Shown here: one piece after another, positions 38,444 to 48,222 of the stretch
How positions within the stretch are numbered: the first letter of the stretch is position 1
How the letters are laid out: every line of letters starts with the position of its first letter
Assembly (NCBI GenBank): GCA_965207785.1
Contig: CBDBNO010000010.1
Span: forward strand, 202,108-266,107
Direction: 5' to 3'
DNA from: Alphaproteobacteria bacterium
Lineage (GTDB): Bacteria; Pseudomonadota; Alphaproteobacteria; SP197
Length of the DNA stretch: 64,000 nucleotides
The notes under the pieces: generated by a model
Told to the model about the DNA's origin: nothing
Database searches by the model: none
What the model saw: the letters and a program-made list of their open reading frames with translations, nothing else
Position numbers and translations under genes: made by a program

Positions 38444-40644
38444 TCGAACAGGCTGGGACTGTCGGTTGGAACCCTGATTCGCAACGCTTTTTTTCTTCCC
38501 GCCTTGATGTGGATGGCGTCCAGCTCGCCGCGCTTTACACGCTGCAACACGGTCTGGCGTGACACGCCGAGGCGGTTCGTGGCCTCGAGCATCGGCACAT
38601 AGCCAGGCGGCGCCTCTTCCATGAACCGGGGACGGAATGCCTCGTTGATGCGGATGCGCCAGGGGGCGCCGGGAGTGGCCTGTTCGCCATCAAGGAAGCC
38701 GTCGGCAAGCCATCGATGGACGGTCGAGGTGGCCACCCCGAGGACGTTCGCGGCTTTCCGGATGTTGACGAGGGTTCCGTCATCGGTCCGGGTCGATGGG
38801 TCAAAGCGCGGGATTTTCCAGTGACCGCGGAAGTGGCGAACGCGGTCGGCGGTGAACCGGAGACCTTGTGCGGTGGTTTTCCCCTGGCGGCAGAGGATGC
38901 CGGCGATGACATCGTCAGGGTGGAACTGCGCGAGGCGGCGCACCAGATCGACGGTGTTCTCGTCGGTCCGGACTCCACCCTGGCGCTTTTTCGGACGGTC
39001 CAGCTCGATTTCCGTCAGGCAGCCGGTGCACCAGTGAAGGGTGAGGTGGATGTGCGATGCCTCCCTCGGAGCCCGAATGACGACATCCTGGAGCACGGTG
39101 CGCAGCAGTTCTTTCTTGTCCCGAGCCGTGGTCGTGGAGGCATTCCAGACCTGGCGGAGATCCTTTCCCAACGCGATGAGGGCATCAAGGTCCGCCGGTT
39201 CAAGGGGACGGGGACGTTCCTGCCGGCGGCGGGCCAGTTCCGCCTGGCTGTCGTCAAGCGCCTTGAGGCATTGCTCCCATTCCGCCTCCAGCCCGCGCGC
39301 CACCAGGCGGTTTTCCGGATCGACGGCACGATAGCGCCGTTCGGCTCTGGCGGCTTCATAGCGAGCCCGCTCGACCTCCATCTCCCAGTGCGCAAGAATC
39401 CGCTCCCGGTCGGCCTCGACCTTTCCGGCGGCCTGCAGCGCCGCTTCGATCCCGGCCGGCTGGATGGCGTCCAGCACGGCCTCGCCGACGGCATGGTCGA
39501 TCTTTGTGGCGCCCACATAGAGGCACAAGCGGGTCCGTTCCGCCGTCAACTCGCCGGCCGACCTGCAGTGATAGCCCGGCGATGCGGTGCGGCCGGTATA
39601 GTGGGTCATCAAACGGCGGCCGCATTCCCCGCAGACAGCAAGGCCCTGCAACAGGGCCGATCCTTCCCGGACCGCACCCTGACTGGCTCCGTGTTTCTGC
39701 GGCCGGGCGTTGGTGGCGATGCGGGCAAGGATCGCTTCGTGGGTTGCCCAGTCGATGTAGCCTTGATGGTGGTCGCGAATGAGGACGGGCCATTCCGAAC
39801 GTGGCCGCATGCGGATGCGCTTGCGTACGGTTCCGGTATCGTCGATCACGGTGTCCTGACGCCTTCGTCCATAGGTATAGGCTCCGGCATAGACCGGATG
39901 GGTGAGAACCATGTGGATGATGCGGTAGGACGGCTTGACCCAACGGATGGTCTCGCGCGGCCCGCGCACCGGAAAGACCCGCTCCTGGCGCGAGAACCAG
40001 CGCCACACACCGCGCGCAGAGCCGAACTCGGGGAAGCGTTCGAACACCGTGCGGATCGCCGCCTGGACCTGCTCGTCGGGGTCGATGAGGAGTTCTCCGT
40101 CTCCGTCACCGCGAACATAGCCTGCCGGGACGCTGCGATAGAGTTCGCCGCGCGCCGCCTTGCTGCGGATGCCGCCGTCGAGGCGGGCGCGCAGGAAGTG
40201 AAGTTCGGCCTCGCTCATCGTGCCCTTGAGGCCGAGAACCAGGCGGTCGTTGAACAGGCCAGGATGGTAGATGCCGTCGGCATCGGCGATCAGGGTGTTG
40301 GTGAGGCTGCACAGGTCGATCAGCTTGTACCAGTCTGTATTGTTCCGGGCCAGGCGGGACGCCTCCAGGCCAAGCAGGATGCCGACCTTGCCCATCGCCA
40401 CCTCGGTCGTGACCCGGGCAAAGCCGGTTCTGCCTTCCGTACTGGCGCCGGAGCGTCCGAGGTCTTCGTCGACGACATGGATCTGGTCAGGCCGCCATCC
40501 CAGATCCCGTGCACGGTCGACCAGGGCGTACTGGCGGCGGGTGGATTCCTGGTTGTGCTCGACCTGGGAAGCCGAAGACTGGCGGACATAGACGATGGCG
40601 CCGCGTTCCAGATGCGCCGGGGCGATTCGCATGTCAGCCATCAT
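38419..40644 (-). CDS. Large serine recombinase (resolvase/invertase N-domain + recombinase domain + zinc-ribbon + C-terminal HTH)
   Basis: Catalytic region IVYVRQSSASQ...RLARN. Cys-cluster (CGECGRRLM...C). About 740 aa. The start is set at MMADMRI with a GGAGA RBS. Confidence 0.85.
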   Translation of the reverse strand: MMADMRIAPAHLERGAIVYVRQSSASQVEHNQESTRRQYALVDRARDLGWRPDQIHVVDEDLGRSGASTEGRTGFARVTTEVAMGKVGILLGLEASRLARNNTDWYKLIDLCSLTNTLIADADGIYHPGLFNDRLVLGLKGTMSEAELHFLRARLDGGIRSKAARGELYRSVPAGYVRGDGDGELLIDPDEQVQAAIRTVFERFPEFGSARGVWRWFSRQERVFPVRGPRETIRWVKPSYRIIHMVLTHPVYAGAYTYGRRRQDTVIDDTGTVRKRIRMRPRSEWPVLIRDHHQGYIDWATHEAILARIATNARPQKHGASQGAVREGSALLQGLAVCGECGRRLMTHYTGRTASPGYHCRSAGELTAERTRLCLYVGATKIDHAVGEAVLDAIQPAGIEAALQAAGKVEADRERILAHWEMEVERARYEAARAERRYRAVDPENRLVARGLEAEWEQCLKALDDSQAELARRRQERPRPLEPADLDALIALGKDLRQVWNASTTTARDKKELLRTVLQDVVIRAPREASHIHLTLHWCTGCLTEIELDRPKKRQGGVRTDENTVDLVRRLAQFHPDDVIAGILCRQGKTTAQGLRFTADRVRHFRGHWKIPRFDPSTRTDDGTLVNIRKAANVLGVATSTVHRWLADGFLDGEQATPGAPWRIRINEAFRPRFMEEAPPGYVPMLEATNRLGVSRQTVLQRVKRGELDAIHIKAGRKKALRIRVPTDSPSLFDQGTQTGV

Positions 40645-40858
40645 CCGTCTCCTGCCCGCAGACAGGCTGGAGCACGGTGCGTGCCATGAGATGGGCGAGG
40701 TGTTCCAGAACCGCCTGGCGGACAGCCGCATCGAGGGTGGACCACACGCGAGCATGAGACGCCTGGTGTGGCAGGAAGAGGTCCAGCTGCATGGCCATGC
40801 CACTTGATCGTGCGATGCATCATGTGATGGAGCATGGTAACGTTACTGGGGGTCGGGA

Positions 40859-41152
40859 TCAATCCCGTCCGAAGCCGCGCGGCAAGTCCACCTCGTTCAG
40901 GGCGTCGAGATCGAGCGCATCGATGGCCTGCAACTTGGCATGAACCGCCGTATCCTGAAGCCCCTCGGGCAAGGCTTGAAGCCAGTTGCGATAGTGCTCC
41001 TGCAAGGCGATCAGGGTGTCCACCGCATCGTGCCAGCGTTGCGGCTTCGAGCGCCGGTCCTTGGGACGCCGGTACTGCACGGGGCAGGCGCCGGCCTTGA
41101 GCCGCTCGCGGTAGCGGCGTTGCTTCTCGGCAGGGGTAAGGGGCATCGTCAT
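40859..41152 (-). CDS. Hypothetical protein carried on the recombinase element
   Basis: 97-aa ORF co-oriented and upstream of the recombinase, with high GC3. Function unknown. Confidence 0.4.
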   Translation of the reverse strand: MTMPLTPAEKQRRYRERLKAGACPVQYRRPKDRRSKPQRWHDAVDTLIALQEHYRNWLQALPEGLQDTAVHAKLQAIDALDLDALNEVDLPRGFGRD

Positions 41153-41187
41153 TCTCCTGACGGCGGATGGGCCATGTCGATGCCATG

Positions 41188-41550
41188 TTAGCGTGACCGC
41201 TCAGGTTGGGCGTGGGACGACTGCCCTGGCGAACATCCTGCGGTGAGCGCGGGAGCGGATTCCGGAGAACCCGTCGGGGAGTCCGGGCCCACCTCGGTGC
41301 GTTGGCGAATCCTTTCGATCCGGTCACGCAATCTCTGCAGCTCCCGCACTCCGACAGTGGGCAGTTCGGAAGTGTCATCGGTATCGGACGGCCCGGCGGT
41401 TCCCGCATCGGTCCATTCCACGGGCACATATCGCTGGCTCTCATCCGGGAACAACAGCAGGAACTGGGGCTGGTTCTGGCGGCGGGCCCGGCCCAGGACA
41501 TTCAGGGACTGTCCCTCGAACACGTGGGCCTTGCGGGTGATGCGCACCAC
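41188..41550 (-). CDS. Hypothetical protein carried on the recombinase element
   Basis: 120-aa ORF, first gene of the element in the transcription direction. Function unknown. Confidence 0.4.
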   Translation of the reverse strand: MVRITRKAHVFEGQSLNVLGRARRQNQPQFLLLFPDESQRYVPVEWTDAGTAGPSDTDDTSELPTVGVRELQRLRDRIERIRQRTEVGPDSPTGSPESAPALTAGCSPGQSSHAQPERSR

Positions 41551-41579
41551 ATCTGGAAAGTCATGGATGTGGGTAGTCT

Positions 41580-42014
41580 GTGACGTGTTCCTTCAACACC
41601 AACGTGACGAGCGTGTTCCGCTGTTGCCAAGCCGTGGTTCCCCACATGATGGCGCAGCGCAAGGGTCGCATCATCAACATCGGCTCGATCGATGCGGAAC
41701 ATGGTCTGCGCTTTGCCGCAGCATACTGCGCAAGCAAGGGCGCCGTGAAGTCCTTGACCAAGGCGTTGGCGCGGGAGTGGGTGAGCTACAACATCACGGT
41801 CAACTGCGTGTCCCCGGGCTACGTCGACACCGATCTTGTACCCGCGGTGATGCACAACGAGGAACTCAAGGCTCAGACGGCGAAGGCGAACGTACCCATG
41901 CGGCGTTTCGCCAAGCCCGAGGAGATTGCCGCGCCCATGGTCTGGTTGGCCTCGGACCTCGCAGACTATGTCACCGGCGAGTCGATCTACATTGATGGCG
42001 GCGTTCTGGCTTAA
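41580..42014 (+). pseudogene. SDR gene, C-terminal half (complement of 38006..38443)
   Basis: TNVTSVF...YCASKGAV...YVTGESIYIDGG. Begins with no start codon or RBS of its own immediately after the element end. Confidence 0.7.
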
Positions 42015-42020
42015 CGCGCC

Positions 42021-43382
42021 ATGAGCACCGGAGCGGAACCCCTGACGAGGCCTGCGCCAGGTAGGCTCGGCGCCGTAGCCGTGATCGGAGCGGGACGACA
42101 TGCCGTCAACTGGGCGGTTCGGTTTCTATGCCGCGGCGCTGATGTACGCATCTGGGATCCCGAGCCCGGCTGCCTCGACGACGTCGAGACTCGCGCTGAG
42201 GTCGCCATGCGATCCGTGCTCAGGCTGGGGTCGTTTCCGCGTGCCGGAGAAGCGCACCTGACCGGAGTCGGAACCCTTGAAGAAGCCTGCAAAGGCGTAG
42301 AATTCGTGCAGGTCGCTCTCGAGGGTGGAGATGACGCGCGGTGCGCCGTCGTCCCTCGCATCGACGCCTTGCTTGCCGACGATGTTCCAATCGGCGTCTG
42401 TTGTGGCGGCGTGCCCGAGGCTGCCCTTGGGCGGTCCGGCAGGCTGGTCGGCGTCCGCGCCCTCGAACCGATTCATATCGTCGCCGCCATGGAGCTGTCG
42501 CCCGGAAGCGCCGACGATGCGGTGGTGGCGCGTGCGTGCGAAATCTACCGTGACATCGGCATGTCCATCCTGACACATGACTCCTGCTCGGGCTGGGCGA
42601 CTGACCGACTGATGGAGGCGTTAGGCCGCGAAGCGGCGGAGCTCTGCCGGACCGGCGGCCTCTGTGCGGCCGACCTCGATATGCGCATCGCCAGCGGGCC
42701 GGCCCTGTTGTGGGCTGTTGCCAGCGCCGATCCTGCGGCAACGGAAATGGACAACGACGAGGGCCTCGACTGCACGGCGCGGGATGACGCGATTGTCGCG
42801 GTGACCCAAGCGCTCCGCAGCGCAAACCTCGGGGCCGGACGCCTGCTCGAGGACGACGAGGCGCGCCGCTATGCGAGCATAGAGACCCGCCGATGGCACG
42901 CCGGTGACGCGGTCGACGCCCCCCTGGAACTCTACGCCTGTCGGGTCAGGCCGGACTGGCTCGACTACAACGGCCACATGACGACCGTCGCCTACCACAT
43001 TGCGTTCGACGAGGCGTTCGAGCAGTTCCTGCGCTACATCGGATGCGACGATACCTACCGGGCGACCGGACGCACGGTGTTCGTTGCCGACAACCGCGTC
43101 CGGTACCTGTGCGAGTGCAGGCTCGGCACGCCGCTCGGCATACGTGTTCAACTGCTGGGCCTGGACCGCAAGCGCCTGCATGTCCTGCAGACCATGGTCT
43201 TCGAGGAAAGCGGCGAACTGGCCAGCACCAATGAGAGTCTGTGGCTGCATGTTGACATGCAGCAGCAGCGTGTCGTGCCTTTCGATGACAGGCTGCTGAC
43301 GCCCTTGAACGCGATCATGGCGTCGCACGCGGCGCTCACCACACCCGAGGGCATTGGCGCCGCGATGGGAGTTCGGCCATGA
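42021..43382 (+). CDS. L-carnitine dehydrogenase-like 3-hydroxyacyl-CoA-DH-family domain fused to C-terminal hotdog thioesterase (betainyl-CoA thioesterase-like)
   Basis: N-terminal NAD-binding segment (AVIGAGRHAVNWA). C-terminal 4HBT-like region (YNGHMTTVAYHIAFDEAFE). 453 aa. Confidence 0.65.
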   Translation: MSTGAEPLTRPAPGRLGAVAVIGAGRHAVNWAVRFLCRGADVRIWDPEPGCLDDVETRAEVAMRSVLRLGSFPRAGEAHLTGVGTLEEACKGVEFVQVALEGGDDARCAVVPRIDALLADDVPIGVCCGGVPEAALGRSGRLVGVRALEPIHIVAAMELSPGSADDAVVARACEIYRDIGMSILTHDSCSGWATDRLMEALGREAAELCRTGGLCAADLDMRIASGPALLWAVASADPAATEMDNDEGLDCTARDDAIVAVTQALRSANLGAGRLLEDDEARRYASIETRRWHAGDAVDAPLELYACRVRPDWLDYNGHMTTVAYHIAFDEAFEQFLRYIGCDDTYRATGRTVFVADNRVRYLCECRLGTPLGIRVQLLGLDRKRLHVLQTMVFEESGELASTNESLWLHVDMQQQRVVPFDDRLLTPLNAIMASHAALTTPEGIGAAMGVRP

Positions 43383-44827
43383 GCGCCGCGAACCTGCTGT
43401 TCATCTGCACCGACCAACACACGCGTCGGGCGTCCTGCTGCTACGGCCATCCCGTGGTCCGGACGCCGAACTTGGATCGGCTTGCCGCGCGCGGCGTCCG
43501 CTTCACGCAGGCCTACGCCTCGTCACCGATCTGCATGCCCGCGCGCGCCTCCATGGCGACGGGGCTCCATGTGCACCAGCATCGTTACTGGTCGAGCGCG
43601 GAGATGTACGACGGCTCGACCCCCGCCTGGGGCCACCGGGTCATGACGGCCGGTGGCGCCAGCGTCGCCATCGGCAAGCTCCACTATCGCTCGAAGGACG
43701 ACCCGAACGGATTCGACACCGAGATCCTGACCATGCACGCGCCTGGGCCGGAGGGCTGGGCCCAATCCGTGCTGCGGGCCAGAACGCCGGCATTGGGGTC
43801 GAACGAGGACTTTGCGCGCGACATCGGCTGGGGTGAGACCGACTACACCGAGTATGATCGCCGCGTGGCAAAGGCCGCCTGCTCCTGGCTGCGGGAACAA
43901 CCGGGCAAGTTGAGCGATCGCCCCTGGGTTCTTTTCGTCTCCTTCGTGGCGCCGCACAACCCCTTCCGAGCGCCGGAGGAGTTTCGCGAGCATTATCCGG
44001 ACGAGCGGATCGACATGCCGGCCGCCTATGGTCACAAGCGTCCGCGTCGACACCCTGTCGAGGCGTCGATCGAACGGTGCTTCGCGAGTGATGACTATTT
44101 TGATGACGATGCCCAGGTGCGCTTGGCCCGGGCCGGTTACTACGGGCTCTGCACGTTCGTCGATCAGCAGATCGGACAGGTACTCGCCGCGCTCGAGGAG
44201 TCGGGCGCGGCCGACCGCACCCACGTCCTGTATGTCTCCGACCATGGCGAGATGCTCGGCCACGCCGGGTTCTGGGGCAAGTACGTGATGCGCGAAGATT
44301 CCGTGGCGATACCTCTGATCCTGGAGGGACCGGCCGTGCCGCGCGGAGACACGGTCGCCACCTGTGCATCGCAGGTCGACATTCTGCCCACGGTGCTCGA
44401 GGCGCTGGACATTGCATCGGAGCCGGTAGATTCGCCCCTTCCGGGAACCTCCCTTTTCAAGCTGGCGCGCGGTGCCTCGCCGTCACGCGCGATCCTGTCG
44501 GAGTACCACGACGGTGGCTCCTCGACGGGCCTCTTCATGGTGCGGTCCGGCCGATGGAAGTATGTCTACTATCCAGGCTATCCACCCCAGCTGTTCGACC
44601 GCGAAGGCGATCCCGACGAGCTGCACGATCTGGGCGAAAGCCCGGCCCACGCCGACGTGCGCCGCGCGTGTGAGGCCCGGCTGCGCGAGATGGTCGATCC
44701 CGAGGCGGCCAACGAACAGGCCTTCGCGGACCAGGCGATCCGAATTGAGGAGCTTGGCGGCGAGGCCGCGCTTCTCTCCGAGGGCAGCATTTACGACACC
44801 TACTCCTACACGCCGACACCGACATGA
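43379..44827 (+). CDS. Sulfatase (choline-sulfatase/arylsulfatase family)
   Basis: Active-site CxPxR (PICMPARAS). N-terminus LLFICTDQH. ATGA overlap with the upstream gene. Confidence 0.8.
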   Translation: MSAANLLFICTDQHTRRASCCYGHPVVRTPNLDRLAARGVRFTQAYASSPICMPARASMATGLHVHQHRYWSSAEMYDGSTPAWGHRVMTAGGASVAIGKLHYRSKDDPNGFDTEILTMHAPGPEGWAQSVLRARTPALGSNEDFARDIGWGETDYTEYDRRVAKAACSWLREQPGKLSDRPWVLFVSFVAPHNPFRAPEEFREHYPDERIDMPAAYGHKRPRRHPVEASIERCFASDDYFDDDAQVRLARAGYYGLCTFVDQQIGQVLAALEESGAADRTHVLYVSDHGEMLGHAGFWGKYVMREDSVAIPLILEGPAVPRGDTVATCASQVDILPTVLEALDIASEPVDSPLPGTSLFKLARGASPSRAILSEYHDGGSSTGLFMVRSGRWKYVYYPGYPPQLFDREGDPDELHDLGESPAHADVRRACEARLREMVDPEAANEQAFADQAIRIEELGGEAALLSEGSIYDTYSYTPTPT

Positions 44828-46245
44828 CGGCATCGACATCGCCTCGCGCACGCGTCGCAAACGCGAGCAGCGACATGTTCGGATCGCTTCTGATCGCCAA
44901 CCGCGGCGAGATCGCAGCCCGTATCGCCCGTACCTGCCGGCGGTTGGGCATAAGGTGTGTCGCCGTTTACAGCGAGGCCGACTGCGACGCGCCGCACACG
45001 AGTCTCGCCGATGAGGCGGTAGCCATTGGACCGGCGCCCGTCGCCGAGAGCTATCTCGCGATCGAGACAGTCGTCGAGGCCGCCCGGGCGACCGGCTGCG
45101 ATGCGGTTCATCCAGGCTACGGTCTGCTCAGCGAGAATCCCCGCTTCATCGCGGCGGTTGCGGAAGCCGGTCTCACCTTCGTCGGACCCACTGCGCAGGT
45201 CGTGGCCCTGATGGGTGACAAGCAGCGCGCCCGCGCTTTTGCTCGGGAGGCCGGGCTTTGCGTGGTGCCCGGGTTCGACGGTGAACTCGGCGACGAGGCT
45301 GCGACGCTGAGCTTCGCGACGGCTCTCGGCTATCCGCTGATGGTCAAGGCGGCGGCGGGCGGTGGCGGGATCGGCATGAAGGTGGCCCGCGACGAACGAG
45401 AGTTGGGCAAGGCCATTGCCGAGTGCCGGCGGCGAAGCACGAGCGCCTTTGGATCGGACAAGCTCTACATCGAGCGGTACATCGAACGGCCGCGGCATGT
45501 CGAAGTCCAGGTGCTCGCCGATCACCAGGGCCAGGCGGTTCATCTTTTCGAACGCGAATGCAGCATTCAGCGCCGTCATCAAAAGGTGATCGAGGAAGCC
45601 CCGTCGGTCCTGATGGAAAGGTTCGAAGGCCTGCGCGCGCGCATGACCGACGCGGCGCTCTGCTTGACGAGAGCGGCCGGCTATACGAATGCCGGCACGG
45701 TCGAGTTTATCGTTGACGACGCCGGCGACTTCTACTTCATCGAGATGAACACACGGCTGCAGGTCGAGCACCCGGTGACCGAGATGGTGACCGGCCTGGA
45801 TCTCGTCGAGTTGCAGCTGCGCATTGCCGCAGGCGAACCTCTTCCCGCCGAAGCGTCGTCCGTCGCGTTGGACGGCCACGCCATCGAGTGCAGGCTTTAC
45901 GCCGAGAATCCGAACAAGGGGTTCCTGCCGTCGCCGGGCCGAGTCGACGGCTATCGCGAGCCGGACCTGCCCGGCGTGCGTATCGACTCAGGTATCGCTG
46001 AGGGTTGGACCGTCACGCCCCATTACGATCCGCTGCTCGCCAAACTCGTTGCGCACGGCGCGACGCGAGACCAGGCCGCTGAGCGGATGTCGGTCGCGCT
46101 GGACCAACTCGTCATCGACGGACCGGTTCACAACGGCGCCCTGCATCGCGCCGCGCTCGCATCCGAGGCGTTCCGAAGCGGAGCCTTCCACACCGGCTGG
46201 CTCGAAGGTTGGTACCGAACCGCCCTTGAGACGGACGAAACCTGA
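44824..46245 (+). CDS. Biotin carboxylase subunit of an acyl-CoA carboxylase
   Basis: MFGSLLIANRGEIAARI... with ATP-grasp motifs. The functional start may be the ATG at 44875. Confidence 0.8.
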   Translation: MTASTSPRARVANASSDMFGSLLIANRGEIAARIARTCRRLGIRCVAVYSEADCDAPHTSLADEAVAIGPAPVAESYLAIETVVEAARATGCDAVHPGYGLLSENPRFIAAVAEAGLTFVGPTAQVVALMGDKQRARAFAREAGLCVVPGFDGELGDEAATLSFATALGYPLMVKAAAGGGGIGMKVARDERELGKAIAECRRRSTSAFGSDKLYIERYIERPRHVEVQVLADHQGQAVHLFERECSIQRRHQKVIEEAPSVLMERFEGLRARMTDAALCLTRAAGYTNAGTVEFIVDDAGDFYFIEMNTRLQVEHPVTEMVTGLDLVELQLRIAAGEPLPAEASSVALDGHAIECRLYAENPNKGFLPSPGRVDGYREPDLPGVRIDSGIAEGWTVTPHYDPLLAKLVAHGATRDQAAERMSVALDQLVIDGPVHNGALHRAALASEAFRSGAFHTGWLEGWYRTALETDET

Positions 46246-46266
46246 AACGAGTGTTGGGGAAAGGTC

Positions 46267-46488
46267 ATGTCGAAGACACTGTCCGCCACGGTGACCGGCA
46301 CCGTGTGGAAGATCGAATCGGCGGCGGGCGAAAGGGTCGAGGAGGGCGACGACCTCCTTATTCTTGAGTCCATGAAGATGGAGGTACCGGTCGCCGCCGA
46401 GTCCGATTGCGTGGTTGTCGAGTTCCTGTGCAAGGAGGGCGACGCGGTCCTGGAAGGCCAAGCGCTCGTCATCGTGGACCCGGAGTGA
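46267..46488 (+). CDS. Biotin carboxyl carrier protein (biotinyl domain)
   Basis: 73 aa with LESMKME (the biotinyl-lysine AMKM-type motif). Confidence 0.8.
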   Translation: MSKTLSATVTGTVWKIESAAGERVEEGDDLLILESMKMEVPVAAESDCVVVEFLCKEGDAVLEGQALVIVDPE

Positions 46489-46533
46489 GCAGCGGATCGA
46501 GGGAGCGATGACCTGGCACACGGAGAGAAAACG

Positions 46534-48102
46534 ATGAGCAGTTCCTGGGACGACGAACTCGAGGAGCTCGAGTTACGGCGAGCCAAAGCCCGGGAGCACG
46601 GCGGGGCACACTGGGTCGGGCGCGAGCGCGCCAAGGACCGCCTGACCGCGCGCGAGCGGATCGACCTGCTTCTCGATCCCGGATCGTTCCAGGAGGTCGG
46701 CATGCTCGCTGCCATGCCGGCGCCCGACGGCAAGCTGCCCGCGGGCCTGGTTTGCGGCTTTGGCCGGCTCGACGGCCGCACGATTGCCGTGGCGGCCGAG
46801 GACTACACCGTCGCCATGGGTACCTGGACAGGCCTCTATCTCGGCAAGAGCAAGGGTATCTTTCCCGGCTATATCGAGGACCTCGCCCATCGAATGGAAC
46901 TGCCCCTGGTCGTCTTCCTGCAGGGCATCGGCGGCGACGTCGATTCACCGGGCGACGCCAATTCCAATGTCCTCCCGTCGGCGATGAGCGTGCATCCGCT
47001 GCTCGCCCTGCTGAGCCGCGTGCCGATGGTCGCGGCCGTCATGGGGCCGTGTGCGGGCGGCTCGGCCGCCCGCGCCGCATGTTCCCACTTCTCGTTGATG
47101 AGCCGGCCCAACGCGGTCGTGTTCGGCGGTGGACCGCCGTTGGTCGAGCACGCCTTGGGCCAGAAGGTCGACAAGAATGAACTGGGCGGCCACGAAGTGC
47201 ACACCCAGCATTCCGGCGTGATCGACAATGCTTTCGACACGGAAGAGGAAGCCGTCGCCATGATCCGGCGCTTCCTGTCCTATCTTCCCGGCAACGTCCA
47301 CGCTCTCCCGCCCAGGCTCGATCCCGCGGACGACGACCCTGTGGAGCGCAGCTGCGACCGGGTGCTCAAGGTCGTCCGGCCCGACCGGCCGCGGCGCGGC
47401 TACGATCCTCGCCTGCTGCTCAACGACATTTTCGACCGTGACAGCTTTTTCGAGATCGGCCCCGAATGGGCGCGATCGCTGGTCGTCGGTCTTGCCCGCC
47501 TGGGCGGCATGACGGTAGGCGTCCTTGCCAACAGCGGTCTGTACGCCGGCGGCGCCCTGACGCCCGATGCCGCCGACAAGCAGGCGCGCTTCGTCGAGAT
47601 GTGCGACACCTTTCATGTGCCACTCGTATATCTGGTCGACACGCCCGGCATCATGGTCGGACCGGAAGCCGAACGCGCGGGCCTGTTGCGCCGCGCCGTG
47701 CGGGCGGTCACCGCCATCCAAAGGGCCACGGTGCCGGTCGTCACGCTTCACATTCGGCGCAGTTTCGGGATCGGCGCCATGGCAGCCGGCAATCCGGACG
47801 GCCTCAGCATCAAACTGGCCTGGCCGACCGTCATTCAGGGCGCCATGGGCTTGCCGATCGAGGGCGCGGCGGCACAACTCTACAAGGACGAGCTGGCGAC
47901 GGCAGAGGATCCGAAGGCCTTTCTGGCAGAGGTCGTGCAACGGCTGCGCGAAAAGGTCTCGGTATGGGCGGCAGCCGAGCAGTTCGGCGTCGAAGACGTC
48001 ATCGATCCGCGCGAGACCCGGCAGGTTCTGTACCGTTGGCTCGACGCGGCGACGCAGTCCCAGCGTCCCGGTCCCAAGCATGGCCCGCAATACCGCCCCT
48101 GA
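46534..48102 (+). CDS. Acyl-CoA carboxylase carboxyltransferase subunit (propionyl-CoA carboxylase beta-like)
   Basis: Carboxyl-transferase N- and C-domains. 522 aa. Confidence 0.8.
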   Translation: MSSSWDDELEELELRRAKAREHGGAHWVGRERAKDRLTARERIDLLLDPGSFQEVGMLAAMPAPDGKLPAGLVCGFGRLDGRTIAVAAEDYTVAMGTWTGLYLGKSKGIFPGYIEDLAHRMELPLVVFLQGIGGDVDSPGDANSNVLPSAMSVHPLLALLSRVPMVAAVMGPCAGGSAARAACSHFSLMSRPNAVVFGGGPPLVEHALGQKVDKNELGGHEVHTQHSGVIDNAFDTEEEAVAMIRRFLSYLPGNVHALPPRLDPADDDPVERSCDRVLKVVRPDRPRRGYDPRLLLNDIFDRDSFFEIGPEWARSLVVGLARLGGMTVGVLANSGLYAGGALTPDAADKQARFVEMCDTFHVPLVYLVDTPGIMVGPEAERAGLLRRAVRAVTAIQRATVPVVTLHIRRSFGIGAMAAGNPDGLSIKLAWPTVIQGAMGLPIEGAAAQLYKDELATAEDPKAFLAEVVQRLREKVSVWAAAEQFGVEDVIDPRETRQVLYRWLDAATQSQRPGPKHGPQYRP

Positions 48103-48222
48103 CGCGCTGCTTGCGGTCCAAGGCGGGTGGTTGCCGCCCGGGATCCCCGGCGCGCCGACGGGTAGGGCGGGGGTCCGTCATGGTTCGGTCCCGACGGATC
48201 CATCAACTTTGGAGCATTCGGC

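Larger units (their letters stand above)
38408..41598. mobile_element. Approximately 3.2-kb serine-recombinase mobile element inserted within an SDR gene (large serine recombinase + two small ORFs)
   Basis: The two SDR halves flank exactly this segment. Similar junction motifs lie at both ends (aagacgATGGATtgg / aagtcATGGATgtg). Boundaries are approximate to about 20 bp. Confidence 0.55.

Noticed and set aside
38716-40689. 657-aa plus-strand ORF
   Set aside because: Antisense to the large serine recombinase gene, with no recognisable domain.
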